DNA of 64,000 bases, from the NCBI GenBank assembly GCA_002633005.1, contig NMRA01000272.1, forward strand, positions 375,817 to 439,816, in the 5' to 3' direction. The notes beneath the pieces are model-generated. The model was not told the DNA's origin and did not search any database. It saw only the letters and a program-made list of their open reading frames with translations. This DNA comes from Phoronis australis. Lineage: Eukaryota > Animalia > Phoronida. Of the stretch, positions 27,301 to 39,200 are shown piece after piece. The number at the start of each line of letters is the position of its first letter. Positions within the stretch are counted from its first letter, which is position 1. The position numbers and the translations under genes are program-made.

Positions 27301-30300
27301 AAGCATTTGTAAGGAATCAGGCCATTGAACACTGACCAGTCCAGGGCCTTGCATAACTCGAAGCAAGCGATATCTCTTTGAACGAAGTAGTTGGGGCACC
27401 ACTCCATGATATTGTTGTGAAGCCTTGCAGTGCAAACTTGCTTGAATGTCAGGGACTCTAATTCAGTCAACATTGGTGTTGAAAACTAGCCCACTTCCAT
27501 GCAGAGCCTGTTTCCAAAGACTGACAAATAGTTTTAACATTTTTATTTTCTGTCATATAAAAATAGGTAAATAAAACAACAAGAATGGATCAACTGAAAT
27601 TTTTCGGATATAATAACGTCCTTTGCCTACAGAAACAGAAATAAAATAAAATCAAACACTATATGACAATTGACATTTAAGATGTGGCGTATTTTCTGTC
27701 ATCTTATGCGGTGGGGTGTGTCTAGTATTAGAAGTTCTACGGACTATGATTTACCTCTTTTCTGTATAACTATGCGTGCGCTTAACACAATTTTCAGGGA
27801 GCAAACCTTGTCCAACCTACTTCAGCAGAAGAAATATATAAAAGCTCTCGGCCTCGCCATAACTTTGGAGCAACCTTTTCGGGTTCTTAACATCATTAAA
27901 GGTGAGCCACTCCAGATATGTTGATATTTTTCTACCTGATACAGTGTGTTTTCTGTTCTGGCTGTCTTGTTTACTGATATGTTTTGAATCTTGCTGTCAC
28001 TAGGGGATGTGAGATGTCGCATTGGGGTGCTGACAACATCTACTGATGGAAAAACATTCACGGAAGCCCTAAAATGGCTTGACGATGTCCTTTATTTGTC
28101 CGTGCCTGACCCCCTTTGACACCCTAAATCTGCCTCTGGCTATTCTCATATCTGTTGTGTTGTTAGGCACCTTAAAGTTCACCAGACATGGTTTTGTTTA
28201 GATTAACACTTAATTCCAGCTGCCTCAAATTCTTTTAAAACTAAGTCCTATTTCTAGGTTTATGTTGCTACAATACACAGTGAATCGTTGCAACCAATCT
28301 GCGCACTGAACAGAGTCATCTTTTTAATTTCATAGGGAATTTTGCGTGCACACTGGGATTTTCTGTACGCACATCCTAAAATTTGACTGAGTTTCCCTTT
28401 TTATTTTAGAAGTATGAATGTGGTCTCTTTCTTTTATTCCTTATTAGTAGTAACTGTCAATGTCTATTATGCAGAGATTTCTGGCGAGAGTGACAGCAAA
28501 GACCAGCTTGCTCCGACTATTGCCAAGTTGAGGATGGATCAGATAGGTAACACTGGGGGCTTTGAAATAGCCAGTTAAAGGCATATACAGGGCTCATTAG
28601 GTCACAGTTGTACCAGTCAGTTTTGGGGTGTCTATACACAGCAGTTATTTTCATTTAAGCTCTGGCAAGAGAGTATTTGCTGCATTATCCAGCTGCCATT
28701 TTGTAGTGGATCACTTCACAGGTACTTGTTGCCTTTTTACATTTTATTTTGTAATGTATTCCCACAGCTGTTAAATTGGATATTGTAGAAAATAATGGAA
28801 TTGCATGTACTAGGCTTGTGCTTTTGCAAAATGTGAAATAAATATATTGGGGTGAACAAACTTGATTCATTGTAAAAAAAATCATTTAACTTAGGCATCC
28901 CCTAAAGATTATTAATACATGGAAAGGAGGTATTAGATTTAAAATTTTCACTGGTCTTTGCTAGGCTAATGTTTAGTTTTTGTATAGTGATAAACATTGC
29001 AAATGAATTTTGAACATTTGCAATTTCTAGCTTCTCTTCATGAAGTTTGGGAAATAGTAACTGTAACTAAAATCGTGATCTTGATGTGGAAACTTAGAAA
29101 TCTGTTGTTCTTATTTGACACTGATCTCTTCATGTGTCAGATTGTCAGTTGTGATGTTGGATTGTAAATGCAGACCCTGCCTTTACCTAGTAACACTAGC
29201 GCCCCTTTTGGTGGAGGAGAAAATTTCTCCCCTCCCCAATTACTACCTGACATTTTGCATAAATGATTCTTATCTTGAGGGGGAATTTTTTAGTCTTTAA
29301 ATGGGAATATTTGGGCTTGATGAGGCATCTCTGTTACTGTGAATCATGTTCATGTCTGTAGATGCCATACTGCGGTTTGCCGTTCAGTGGAATATGAACA
29401 GTCGCCATTGTCACGTGTCTCAGTTGGTGGTCTCCATTATCCTACAACTCTATCCCGCTGACGATTTGCTGAGTCTTCCTAATATTAAAGCCAGTTTGGA
29501 AGGACTCTTGCCATATACAGGTAAGTGGCCTTATTGTTTGGCGTAGCTACTACCGTGGGAGTTCAGGGGGTGTTGACCCCTCATCAATACATGATCTGTT
29601 GTTATTTCAGACAAGAATGTAGTACAACCCCCCAAGTGATAAAATTGTAGATCCCCTTGATACTAAGATATTTTATGATGAGGAGTGAGTTAGCCCCGGT
29701 TAGTGAAATTGTAGATCTGGTACTGATATTTGCACAGTTGTAGTAACCTTGGGACTGACAGCACTGTCTCATTACGTGGGTCCAATAACTTTATGCTGCT
29801 GTCCGTTTACTTTGTGATGATACATGTGGGTGGACCTACTTCATTGTCAGAAGCACCAATACAAGAAACTAGTTTAAGGTAACCTACTGCCATTGCTTTC
29901 AAGATGTCTTGTGTTGTGCTAACGAATGGCAGTGCAGAGGTTTTGAATTTTGAGGGACATACTGTTAAAAAGTAAGGTTCCAATTGTATTAAATTTTGAT
30001 TTATGTTGCCAGAGCGACACTTCCATCGCATGGGCCGTTTACTCCAGAACACATCATTCATAGACTACACGTGGCAGTGCATGAAACTGTCTGATAGGTA
30101 AGTCCATTGTGGTCATAAAGGGTGTAAGTGTAGCTCTTCAAAGTGACTACTTCACATTAACCTTGAAACATGTACATTTTGATATGTGCTACCTATTTAC
30201 TACCCCATAAACTATGTCTGGAAATTCCAAAAGAAATTCCATAATTAATGTGTTTAGGCTTAAATTTTTTTTCGCATAAAAAGATACATAATGTGGAGTG

Positions 30301-31206
30301 AACAGAAATTAAATATAAAAGGTGGATTTAAATGTGGCAATACTAAGAACAAAATTGGCTCAACAAAAATTGGGATAGCATTATGATGCTTGGTTTCATG
30401 TACAAATTGGATACAACCCATGTTGAACTTCCTTGTTCACTGTACTGTGCCAGTATATGATGTGTTAGTTGGGTTTTTTACACAATGCTGCCCACTTGAA
30501 AATAGTCTTATAGGGCTATCAGCAGTAAACTCACGCTCAATAATGGTTGCGACTGGTTTGCTGGTTGGTTCAGGTTGTGTTGGTTTGGGAAATTGGATAT
30601 TCTGACACTTTACCTTTTCTACATGGTTAGTAATGTGTATCAAGCCCTGATATAGCCACAGTGTGGGAAGGGATGAAATGTGCCATGTATCCCCTCTCTA
30701 TTGCATGCAATACATGATAAGATGCTTCCACCAGAGGAAGGGGGTGGGGTAACAGTGTTATCTTCTGCCAGGAGTGGACCAAACTCACAGGTACACCACT
30801 GTTCTTGTTATGAATATTTCTTGCAGTACTAGTGGTTGCAAATTCCTATGTTGTGTTCCTAATGTTTTGACTGTTTTAGTCCTGTTTTTCCAGATCGGTT
30901 GTCACTAAGGTGTCCACAGAGATGGATGCTGACCATAAACTGTCAAGTGTAAAGCTGAATGGTGATGGTAGTCCAGATAGTGAAAGACTGCCCAGTGTTG
31001 ACAATGGTCAGGGTGAGGCACAAGTTGATTCTAGTGTCGTACAGTTGGTTGTCACAGAGCAGATTGTGGGAGAAGAAAGGGATGACTGTGGGGAGAGTGG
31101 TGTAGTGAGGGAAAAAAGGAGAATATCTGAGAACAGTAAAGACTTAGGTTTGTTAACTGACAAGAGCTCAAGGAAAGGGAAACGGAGGAAGTCATCAACT
31201 AAATAA
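6337..31206 (+). CDS. TBL3: Transducin beta-like protein 3 (UTP13; WD40 plus UTP13 C-terminal domain; SSU processome), 22 coding exons
   Basis: Exons: 6337-6359 (MSLTLKSN), 14785-14836 (FAVTSKHEAFYTSGKIQ), 15087-15182, 16886-16933, 17179-17256, 17984-18132, 19241-19411, 19862-19937, 20327-20629, 21107-21301 (GYNDEILDL..HIVVATNS), 21990-22096, 23271-23463 (AHDKDINSVTVSPNDKLIATGSQDKTAK), 24080-24169, 24538-24606, 24862-24932, 25842-25998, 26660-26718, 27798-27901 (EQTLSNLLQQKKYIKALGLAITLEQPFR), 28475-28546, 29362-29520 (WNMNSRHCHVSQ..EGLLPYT), 30013-30097 (ERHFHR), 30894-31206. All GT-AG with consistent phases; motifs are typical of TBL3/Utp13. Confidence 0.93.
6700..6970 (+). repeat. Dispersed repeat, homologous to 60090-60340 and 62235-62485
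   Basis: Collinear matches such as TATTCTCCTGC..AAGTTGTGG..TGAAATA..TGGCCAATTT..TGGTTTCATTTCGTTACAA..AATTTTGCTGC. Confidence 0.7.
7274..7674. mobile_element. MITE with ~65-bp TIRs and an internal duplication of the left TIR
   Basis: GGAGCTCAACATACAGTGGTACCTAGCTGTATT..CTGGCTA (7277-7345) is the reverse complement of ~7604-7670; partial tandem copy at 7346-7402. Confidence 0.6.
9745..9803. repeat. (CA)n microsatellite
   Basis: Direct inspection; lies downstream of the nested GPCR, probably in its 3' UTR. Confidence 0.9.
10089..11150 (-). CDS. Intronless rhodopsin-family (class A) GPCR, melatonin-receptor-like orphan, nested antisense in TBL3 intron 1
   Basis: ORF with 7 hydrophobic helices; GN in TM1, LAGADL in TM2, TM3 Cys and IAVQRYLKICKP, PPLYGW, TM6 FAVCCVPY, TM7 NSCVNSAIL; N-terminal N-glycosylation sites NQT and NGS. 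First ATG at 11150 (MGFPEVV); the ORF track starts at a non-ATG codon at 11243. Confidence 0.85.
   Translation of the reverse strand: MGFPEVVTNQTSSSSNNGSEEASKTAEMVVDILLLVPCITWGIFGNVVIIATIIRLKQHRKVWHIFLAHLAGADLINTAFIMPFILVNVAFQSNATDEATCQVTGITITFTCGMSLYSIVLIAVQRYLKICKPKMHEIVFAPRGTVAVVILLWLFCTSCATPPLYGWSEIQYNEGEFLCAYNRTAAYSYNIFIFVVGIVIPATALIFCYVNVFKEINKCDKQLLFSSSNGRQENQALRQTNANKRNATVTMLLITVIFAVCCVPYGVLIVADRYNSLPPTVHKISAFFVVANSCVNSAILITRSQEFTDTTKQLLYTLYRKLFRRGKSDERKQSTDTPEWSGNSTQLSRTNTG
12330..12600 (-). mobile_element. Degenerate LINE ORF2 fragment (pre-RT region)
   Basis: Minus-strand peptides FSSGILPQHWAKS and ENFTAV*LLNSYPK resemble the non-LTR motif GxxPxxWKxA...NYRPISLL; frameshifted and with stops. 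Confidence 0.35.
13549..14016. repeat. 167-bp identical direct duplication around a single N (probable assembly artefact)
   Basis: 13549-13715 equals 13850-14016; N at 13716. Confidence 0.8.
15642..16392. repeat. 41-bp minisatellite (AATATGGGTACCAGTTGTTGGGCTGTATCCCCACTTACCAT)n with internal gap
   Basis: At least 15 visible units; N gap at 15806-15920; located in TBL3 intron 3. Confidence 0.95.
25129..25510. mobile_element. MITE with 23-bp imperfect TIRs
   Basis: AGGGTCATCCTAGATTACACAGC versus the reverse complement of the right end, AGGGCTATGTCAAATTACACAGC. Confidence 0.55.
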
Positions 31207-31285
31207 GAAAGATTCGTGTGAAAGACAGGATAGTTGGCATTGTTGTTCTGTATCAATTTATCAATTAAACCAGAAAAGAGTGTCT

Positions 31286-31291
31286 AATAAA
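31286..31291 (+). terminator. Polyadenylation signal of TBL3 (AATAAA)
   Basis: AATAAA 80 nt after the stop codon, followed by T-rich sequence. Confidence 0.5.
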
Positions 31292-32066
31292 GAGTTTATA
31301 AGTAAAACATTTAGGCTGTATATTTTCTATTGTTTATTTCGCCATGCAATTCCTTCATCACATTGACAATTGCTAGATAAAGGCTTTAAATTTTGTACTA
31401 GTGGCAGCCTTCGCTGCGTTACCAACAGTAGAAAGCCGACTACCATGACTACATGTACCTTTAGGGGTTCGCCTGAGAGGCCCTCGTGAGAATATTACAT
31501 AAGCACTATTTTGTTGATTCTTTTTGAAACTGCTTTTATGGCACAGTTTAAAGCTCCTTGGATAGCTGGAAATCTGTTCAACTAAAATCTTCCACATTGT
31601 GTCAGAAAATTGATCACGAGGTGGCTATCTTTCCCTCTGCTTTGGTTCCCTCCTTCAAGGCGTTATGAGTGCTTGCTCATTTCGAAAATGTATAAAGAAC
31701 TTCTAAGTTTGCACCAAACTGTTGAGGCTAAACAAAGATTATAGAGAATTTTGATTCCGAAAATTCTTTACTGTTATACATTATTGTAAAATTTAAAGAG
31801 ATAACACACTAGATAAATACTAAGCAAATACAATAGCTTGAAATTATTCAAAAGCACATAGACCAAAACTCGTGATTGTGAACAAATTTTAAAGAGGGTA
31901 CTTCAAACTTTTTCTTGCAAAAATTGGTTACCTCGGTTCAGAGTGTTGAGTGGATTCCAAAAACCTGCAGCACTATATGCTACCATGGAGACATAAAATG
32001 GCTTGCACATGTCCCACCTCTGGTGCTGATGGTCGTTCTTCAGCAGGTGTTACTGTGGACTCTTGT

Positions 32067-32486
32067 GCCCTGTTGCATGAAACGGTCCCAAACTAAGGTC
32101 CCTGAATCTTTTGCCTATTTGTTTTGTTATTTACCAACAAATGTAGTGTTTTTTCTATTGTTTTATCTTCATTGTGAGCTCATATTTGACTAATGACATT
32201 TCGTAAAATATAACTAAAAACTGATCCTTTAATTTAGTCAAAATAATTAGGAACTTGGTCCTTAAATTAGGGGCGCTGCATGAAAAGGCCAAAACTTATT
32301 TTCGATAATATTGAGAATTAAACCTACATTTCACTATCGTTTTGTATCAAAGCCAAAATTGATTTAGTAATGAGACTCAAACAAGCGTAAGATAGGACAG
32401 CCAGTAGGCCTATTTTCCCAATCGGACAAATACGCAGTAGATTTAGGGAACTTGGTTTAGTCCCTATTTCGGACTGTTTCATGCAA
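32067..32486. mobile_element. ~420-bp MITE (TIR GTTGCATGAAACRGTCCCAAA), same family as 58124-58550
   Basis: Terminal inverted repeats plus collinear internal homology to the copy at 58124-58550. Confidence 0.7.
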
Positions 32487-34234
32487 TTGAAATGAGGTAA
32501 ACCCTGTAAGAGTTAGATGCTTCGTTCAGTTGCATTGTCAGATTACTGCCAGAAGACCAGTCAGTTAAAAGAATTAGGTCATTTCTGACGAATGTGACCT
32601 TATGAATGAAGATTATACCCAGAAGTCGTTTTTCTAATGCTCTTCTTTTAAAGTGGACAAATTTTAATTTTATCTCATATTTTCACATTTCATGGACGAT
32701 GTGCACTCAGATTATTTATTGTTTACTATTTTTGCGTCAATTACATTGTATCTCGCATTTCGGAATGCTCCCCGGTTCAACGTTTGGTGGGAGTAAAACC
32801 CATACACTCTGAATCAATGACAATCCACTGCAATCCTTAAAAATGAACATGTTCCCACATAGCTGAAGAACTATCGATAGTTATGTAATTGAATTCTGGC
32901 TTAGAAAATTCGAGGTGCTTGATATCAAGGCCATGTGGGAACAGGGCCAGTATAAAGGTAGCGTAACAGGTGACTGTCATTGGCCAAGAGCATTTCTCAA
33001 GTTGATATCAAGTAAACTTTTATCGTGAAACTGGGCGAAATTGCCTTAACCGTCTGACTGGCACACGAACCACGTGACATTACATTACGGCGTTTTCCCG
33101 TTGCTCCCAACTTATGAGATTATGTAGCCCAACAACAAGTTGGGAAGATCACCCCTGTAGCCAATATCTTACACGATTGATTAACTCCTGTCTGGGATTT
33201 ATGGTTGGAAGGACGGCTCTCTATTGTTCGATAATTGCTCTAATCTCCGATCAGATCGTATCTGTGCTGCTGCTGAAAATGAAAGTTAAGTTATAACATT
33301 TGAACATAAACCAATAGCATTTCTGAATTCCATGTCAAGCGCTGATGATGTTTAGTTTTTGAATCACCAAAATTGCCCAACTACAACAGAAGTTAAGACA
33401 ATCCATTCCAGGTTTCAGTAACCCTTTGAAGCCTGGGAGATAATTGGCGTGCTTGTTGTCATACGGGACAAAAGACTGCTGGGCAGAAGGAGCCAGATGT
33501 TATCGCACGTTCAGAACCCCTCACGTCTGGAAAAGTTGCTGAGCGACAGAATGCCGTCATGTTTGTCACAGTTCGTTTTTTTAAGATGATAGTGTTACCT
33601 TTGTTATTCACATTTTACTGACAATTTATGACTGCTATGAATCCACCTTTCGTAACTTGATTTGCATCGCTTTCCATTATAAAATTCGTTTAACCCGTTC
33701 CTCACGCGGACGAGAGGTGATTTCTGCGCTTGGAAAGAACTGTCGGTTCATCGTTACCCGAGGCGGCCACACCTGGCGCATGACTCGCCGTTTCAAGCCA
33801 ACCTAAACTAGGACTTGTTCTCGAGCAACAATGGAATATCAATAGACTATTATTCCCATACGCACTTATCATTTCTAATCTGAGTAAGTAAAAATTGAGG
33901 CCAGTTTTTGTAACCTTGCGTGGTCTAAATAAAAATCGATTGATTGACGGAGACGGATAGTTTGCGTGAAGCCTGTCAAAACCAAGCGAGTGAAAATGTG
34001 AAATAATTTTATTTCCCGGTGATAATTCATCCAGAATTAAAATTGTCATTTTATATCCGTGAATTGGGGCATGTCATCAACATATTAAATGAAAACTCTG
34101 CCCATTAAGCATGTAATTAATTGCCTGAATATTGTCTAGTCCATGATGCGCACGGTAATATTGCAGCGAAGGCAGAAATACACCTGTAGAAAACAGCGCA
34201 ATTTTTGTCAGCATTGTGTATTTACATATATACA

Positions 34235-34740
34235 TGTCCAACGTTTCGATATAATTCAAATCACCATCCTCAAGGAGTATATCCAACCACAAAAAACATG
34301 GTCGCAAGTAACACGATCAACTGAACCAAAAGTCTCTAGTAAAACAGTCACATGCCAAGGTCAAAGCTATCCCCAAAGCGTAAGCTCAACCGACCCCAGA
34401 TTGTCATACAGCGAAGACGTAGCATTTAGATCAAAAGTATTCAAGGCTCTCTTTAACAGCCAATCTGAATCTATTTACACCATTGCAAAGAATGGTAGGA
34501 TTAGTATAATCTATTACCTGACCTGTAACCACAGATTGAATGCAGAGGGCACTATTGTCACTTTTAGAATGTTCTTTTGCTCTTTGACCTAATCTCCTAG
34601 TTGTCATACCAACATGAAACTCACCACAGTAGCAATTAAACCTGTATACAACATTAGACCGCTGCAGTACTGACAAAGGATGTTTAAGTTTTGAGAGAAT
34701 TGAAAATCTGCAAGACGGTTTTCGTACAACGATCTATTCA
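34235..34740 (-). mobile_element. Penelope-like element remnant (GIY-YIG endonuclease and 3' end)
   Basis: SNVVYRFNCYCGEFHVGMTTRRLGQRAKEH...SAL...IDYTNPTIL...FRLAVKESL matches the PLE GIY-YIG pattern VVY.x.C.C...Y.G.T.R.L..R..EH; truncated by a stop. Confidence 0.8.
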
Positions 34741-36207
34741 ATAGTGGGCAAATGAAGGCAATAGTGTCCACTATGCTAACTACCTATATTCATTTAAGGA
34801 GCAAACAAAATATTTTGGTCGGCTTATTTTAGTAGCCTGCATACACAGATTGGGCAAGGTTGTATGGACAATAACTTTTTACTATAACGACATTTTCACG
34901 TTGATTAAATTGCGAAAGAAATAATTCTAATAAAATTTGAAAGTGTTGCATACAAAAATGACTGTCCTTCAGAATAATTTTGTAAATATTCGGTGTCATA
35001 CATGCTCCAATTTAACAATTTAATAGTTCAAGGGTTTCTCCAATTGAGAGAAGCCGTGCTTGAGTGTGGTTTAACTCTTGTTCTGTAAATTGATATTAAA
35101 GAAGCCCTTGTAATTTAGCAATCTTCTCCAGTGTTCAGTTCCGTGTGATGTTTGTCTTTCGCAAGTGTGCCTAATTGACACAGTGTGGCTTCGGCCGTCG
35201 CTTCTAATTTTGCAATAAGGTTTGTCTACATTCTCATAAATTAATTAATAAAACCATCGAATAGGAAGTTTGAATTCAATTTTACCAGGGAAATTTAGTA
35301 AATTGTCAATAAGTAATGTTCCACTTTTGTTAGACTTTCTGTTTGTCTAGCGGCGATTTTTGGGATGTTTGTATTTTAAAAAGACCTCACAATGAACTGG
35401 TATCTTCAGTGTAGAATGAATGAAACCGACTAAAGAACTTAGTTTCGAGACTTTCCGCTTCCGATCATTTTATATCAAAGCTTCATAAAACTAACTTAGT
35501 CAAAACATTTGACAAATAATATTTTTTCAGCACAGCGTTTTTGTGTAAGTAAACGGGTTGACCTTAAATTAAGTACAATTTTTAATGCCTAGCACTTACT
35601 CCAACAAAATGACAACCCTGAAAGAGACTGGAATCGGACTTCACGTTTAATCAACTTAAAAGTTGATATTTAAACTCAAATAGATACAAGGTCATAATTT
35701 ACGAAATGCTTCTATTCCTATTTGTATTGGCGAAACGAATTGTATATTTTAAACTGGACCTAGAAAGGATGAGGTGTGTGGATGTAATAAATTAGAAATG
35801 TAGATCTTTTATTGCATGTATACCAACTCGATACGTTTAACATTTTTTTCGTTCGTCAGTTTTGTAAAACGTGTTATTTGAACTTGTGTTTCCTGGCTAT
35901 GAATCTATTACAATTGTTTGCTAAAACTGGTAAACAATATCTCGAACAGCATGCCAATATTTGCTGGCACATATGTTGAAAAACAGGCGCGTTTTGGAAA
36001 AGTTCCCTGCACTTTCAACTACTCTTTATTACGAAAGTTCCAATTCGTCGTTTTCCGAACTAGCGAGGCTTCAGCGCACATGCATCGAAGCAGTGGGCCG
36101 CCAGTTTCGCTGCATATTAATTAGAGGGCTAATTAACTATAGCTGAGACTAAACGTGATGACGTACACACATATTCATTATATAGCGGTGCTTTAAAGCT
36201 CCTGTTT

Positions 36208-39200
36208 ATGATCCTACTAAGTGCTGCGATGCGCGGATTTATGGTAACTTTGGCTTTGTTAGTGTTTTTTCCACACCTTTCATCCGGTAAGTCGTGTTTG
36301 TTGGTAATGGCTGTTTATTTCCTGTATGTTGATTTTACATTGAAGCGAATACGAAGTGACTATTTCAAGCCAAATTTGGCAAAAACAACTTAACACGGAC
36401 CAAAAGAAAGGGACGTTTTCTTTTTTCAAGGCTACAGCGACACTTGTGTTTCAATAATTCTCCGTTGTACAAAACTCACCTGAGCTATTTTCATTTTCTC
36501 TCACCCAAACAACTAGTTAAAGAAGTTTTATTTCTTGTCATTTTTCATAACTAAAGTGCAATGAATTGTGAAGCTGTAATACTTTCATTTTAATGATCAT
36601 TATTTCGAGATTAAGCAAAGATAAATAAGTAACCAGCCCCGAATTTCTTGATGCATTAGGGCATTCCATAGAAACGTGACATACATACGTTGGCATTGTG
36701 CCCAGAAAAAAAATTATACCCCTTCTCAGGATTATCCAGTTGAACAGGTTCGTCAGCAAATGTATTTATTTTGTAAAAATGGGAACTCTAAAAATTGAGA
36801 GACTACTTGTTACATGTACCCTGCACAGCAAAGGAGTGTAATCATTGCCCCTTTCAATGTGACGACTCAGAGAGATGTATTGAGCTGCACCATGTATGTG
36901 ACGGAGTCAGCGACTGCCTGTCGGGGAGTGACGAAAGCATCTCACAATGTGGTGAGTTAGTACAGACTTAGTGTTACAGCAACATATATTTAAAAGTGAT
37001 GTTGAAGTCATGATTTCCAGGGGCGGATCCAGGATTTTTAGCTGGGAGGGGAGGGGGCAGGATTTTGCCCGTCAGACATCCGCACCCCCGAAACTGCCAA
37101 ATGGAATCTGGGAGAGTTTTAGGTGGAGGTATGGCCCCTTACCCCCCCTCAAAATCCTCCACTGATTTCCGTCCAGAAAACAAAGTTTCAGTCATGAAAT
37201 TGGTGTCAAACTGTTCCTTGGGCTTGTAAGGAACTGACAGTTCGTGCAGACCAAGTTCATAGAATTTCAAGTCTTGGCTTGACCTGAAAATTTGTGAGCT
37301 TAGCCTGAAAAAACAACGAACTCATTCAGTTCCTCCCGAACCCTGATATCGTAGTAATCTGAGTAACGATCAAAACAAGACCTATTTTATAGCGGTAAAG
37401 GTCTAAATCAAAACTTAATTTTTGTACAAAGAGGACGGATTTAATGCCACTTTAACCCATCTCCCATAACTTGAACCACTATTACTAGACAAATTTTAAT
37501 TTGTCTAGCAATAGTGTTTCAAGTAGCTTTAAAAAGCTACTTCGGGGAGTGATAAACGTCACGGCGTTCGATTCTGAGAGGCTCTGCGACTAAACGTTTG
37601 ACGTATGCTCAGCAGTTGTGGGCACGAAAACGATGCCATGTTTTACAATGTAAATCTCTAGTACAGGCTACGCAGCTTAAACTACGCAACAAGTATGGGT
37701 GTCGAGTACACGCATATACATAGTCTCCCACAGTCTCGAAAATTTTCTATTAGAAAAAATGCTAAGTGAGAACTGGAAGATTGGCTACGAAAAAATTAAA
37801 TAACACTCTTGTCAGATTCACCAGTAATAATGTTCATTAACAAACTGATTTGTTTGTTTGGTCCATGCTTAACAAATTTCCAGTTTCAAGTTTTGCGCTG
37901 ATCGACTCTATTGTTCTGTGCTCACATAAACATTAGACTTTGAACGCTGTTTCTGACGTCGTTACTGCCGCTACAGTACACAACGTGATTCTTCGCATTG
38001 ACCTGTGGAAGTGCGTTATCAACGAAAATATTTAAAATTTAGGTTGCCCTGGAAAGGAATTTCGCTGTAAGGACAACGGGACTTGCTTAGACTACGCCAA
38101 AATTTGCGATCGAGTGGCTGACTGCCCGAACACTCCCGGTGGTCATGACAACGACACTTCGGATGAAGAAAACTGTGGTAACGCCCTGCCTGATTTGTAG
38201 TCATTTATACTGACATGGAAGGTACCTCTTGTACGTGGTTTACAAAATATGGTTATAAAGAAGACTATACGAAGCACAACAGCTCCGCTTTTCACACCCA
38301 CAATTAAGCTTATGTATAAAATAATGTATTTTTTTTCAATTCTTTGCTTTTAAGTTTCGCACAAGAGCGTATGCGCCTAAGCTAGCATCACTTATTGCCG
38401 CATGTACCTATGCGGTTATCCCTTGTACCAGTTTCTTACTTGGGACCGTGCGCCTAGGAAGTTATGCCCATCTATATCCTGAACTTGCCTTATGCGCCTA
38501 AATGTAAAGCACCTTCGGTAAAACTAATGTTAAAGTTAAATGTCTTGTGAGAGACTTTTGACTTATTTATTGCAAAATGATAGACATTGTCGTGTGTTCA
38601 GAATTTAGCTTGAACTATTGAAACGAATTACTGAGAATAGACAAAATGCTTGCAAAACACCCAGTTTAAGACATGATCGTATGCAACATACCACGGATAG
38701 CCGCCTGTGCCTATTGGTCTGTTTAGTGACGATATATCTGCCACTATTACGATGCGATTTGGACCCACAAATAGGAATAGAAATGTACATTTCGAAAATT
38801 TGCAGGTCTTGGATTTTTACGATTCAGGTAACCACGGAGACTATTAAGCATTTACTATTTTTACAAAATTATATGTTTGGATAAGTTGGTGTGCCCCGAT
38901 AACGTTTGCACACATGATTGCTGCCGAGGAGTTGATGGGATTAAAATTAACTGGGTCCATAGCCAGGTAATAATTATCGAAGGGCTCAATAATTCACATC
39001 GCTACGTAAATGTGGCGTAATGATTATTATTATTACTTTATTATTATTATTATTATTTTGTTTTTAATTTTGGAACTTTAATTTTATTTGAATGGATCCA
39101 AAAACGTCAGAATTACGTCATACTAAACAAACGGTGGGAAGCTTAGAAACACTCGAACAAAACACGTTCATCGGAAAACACATTACTTCAGATATATGCG

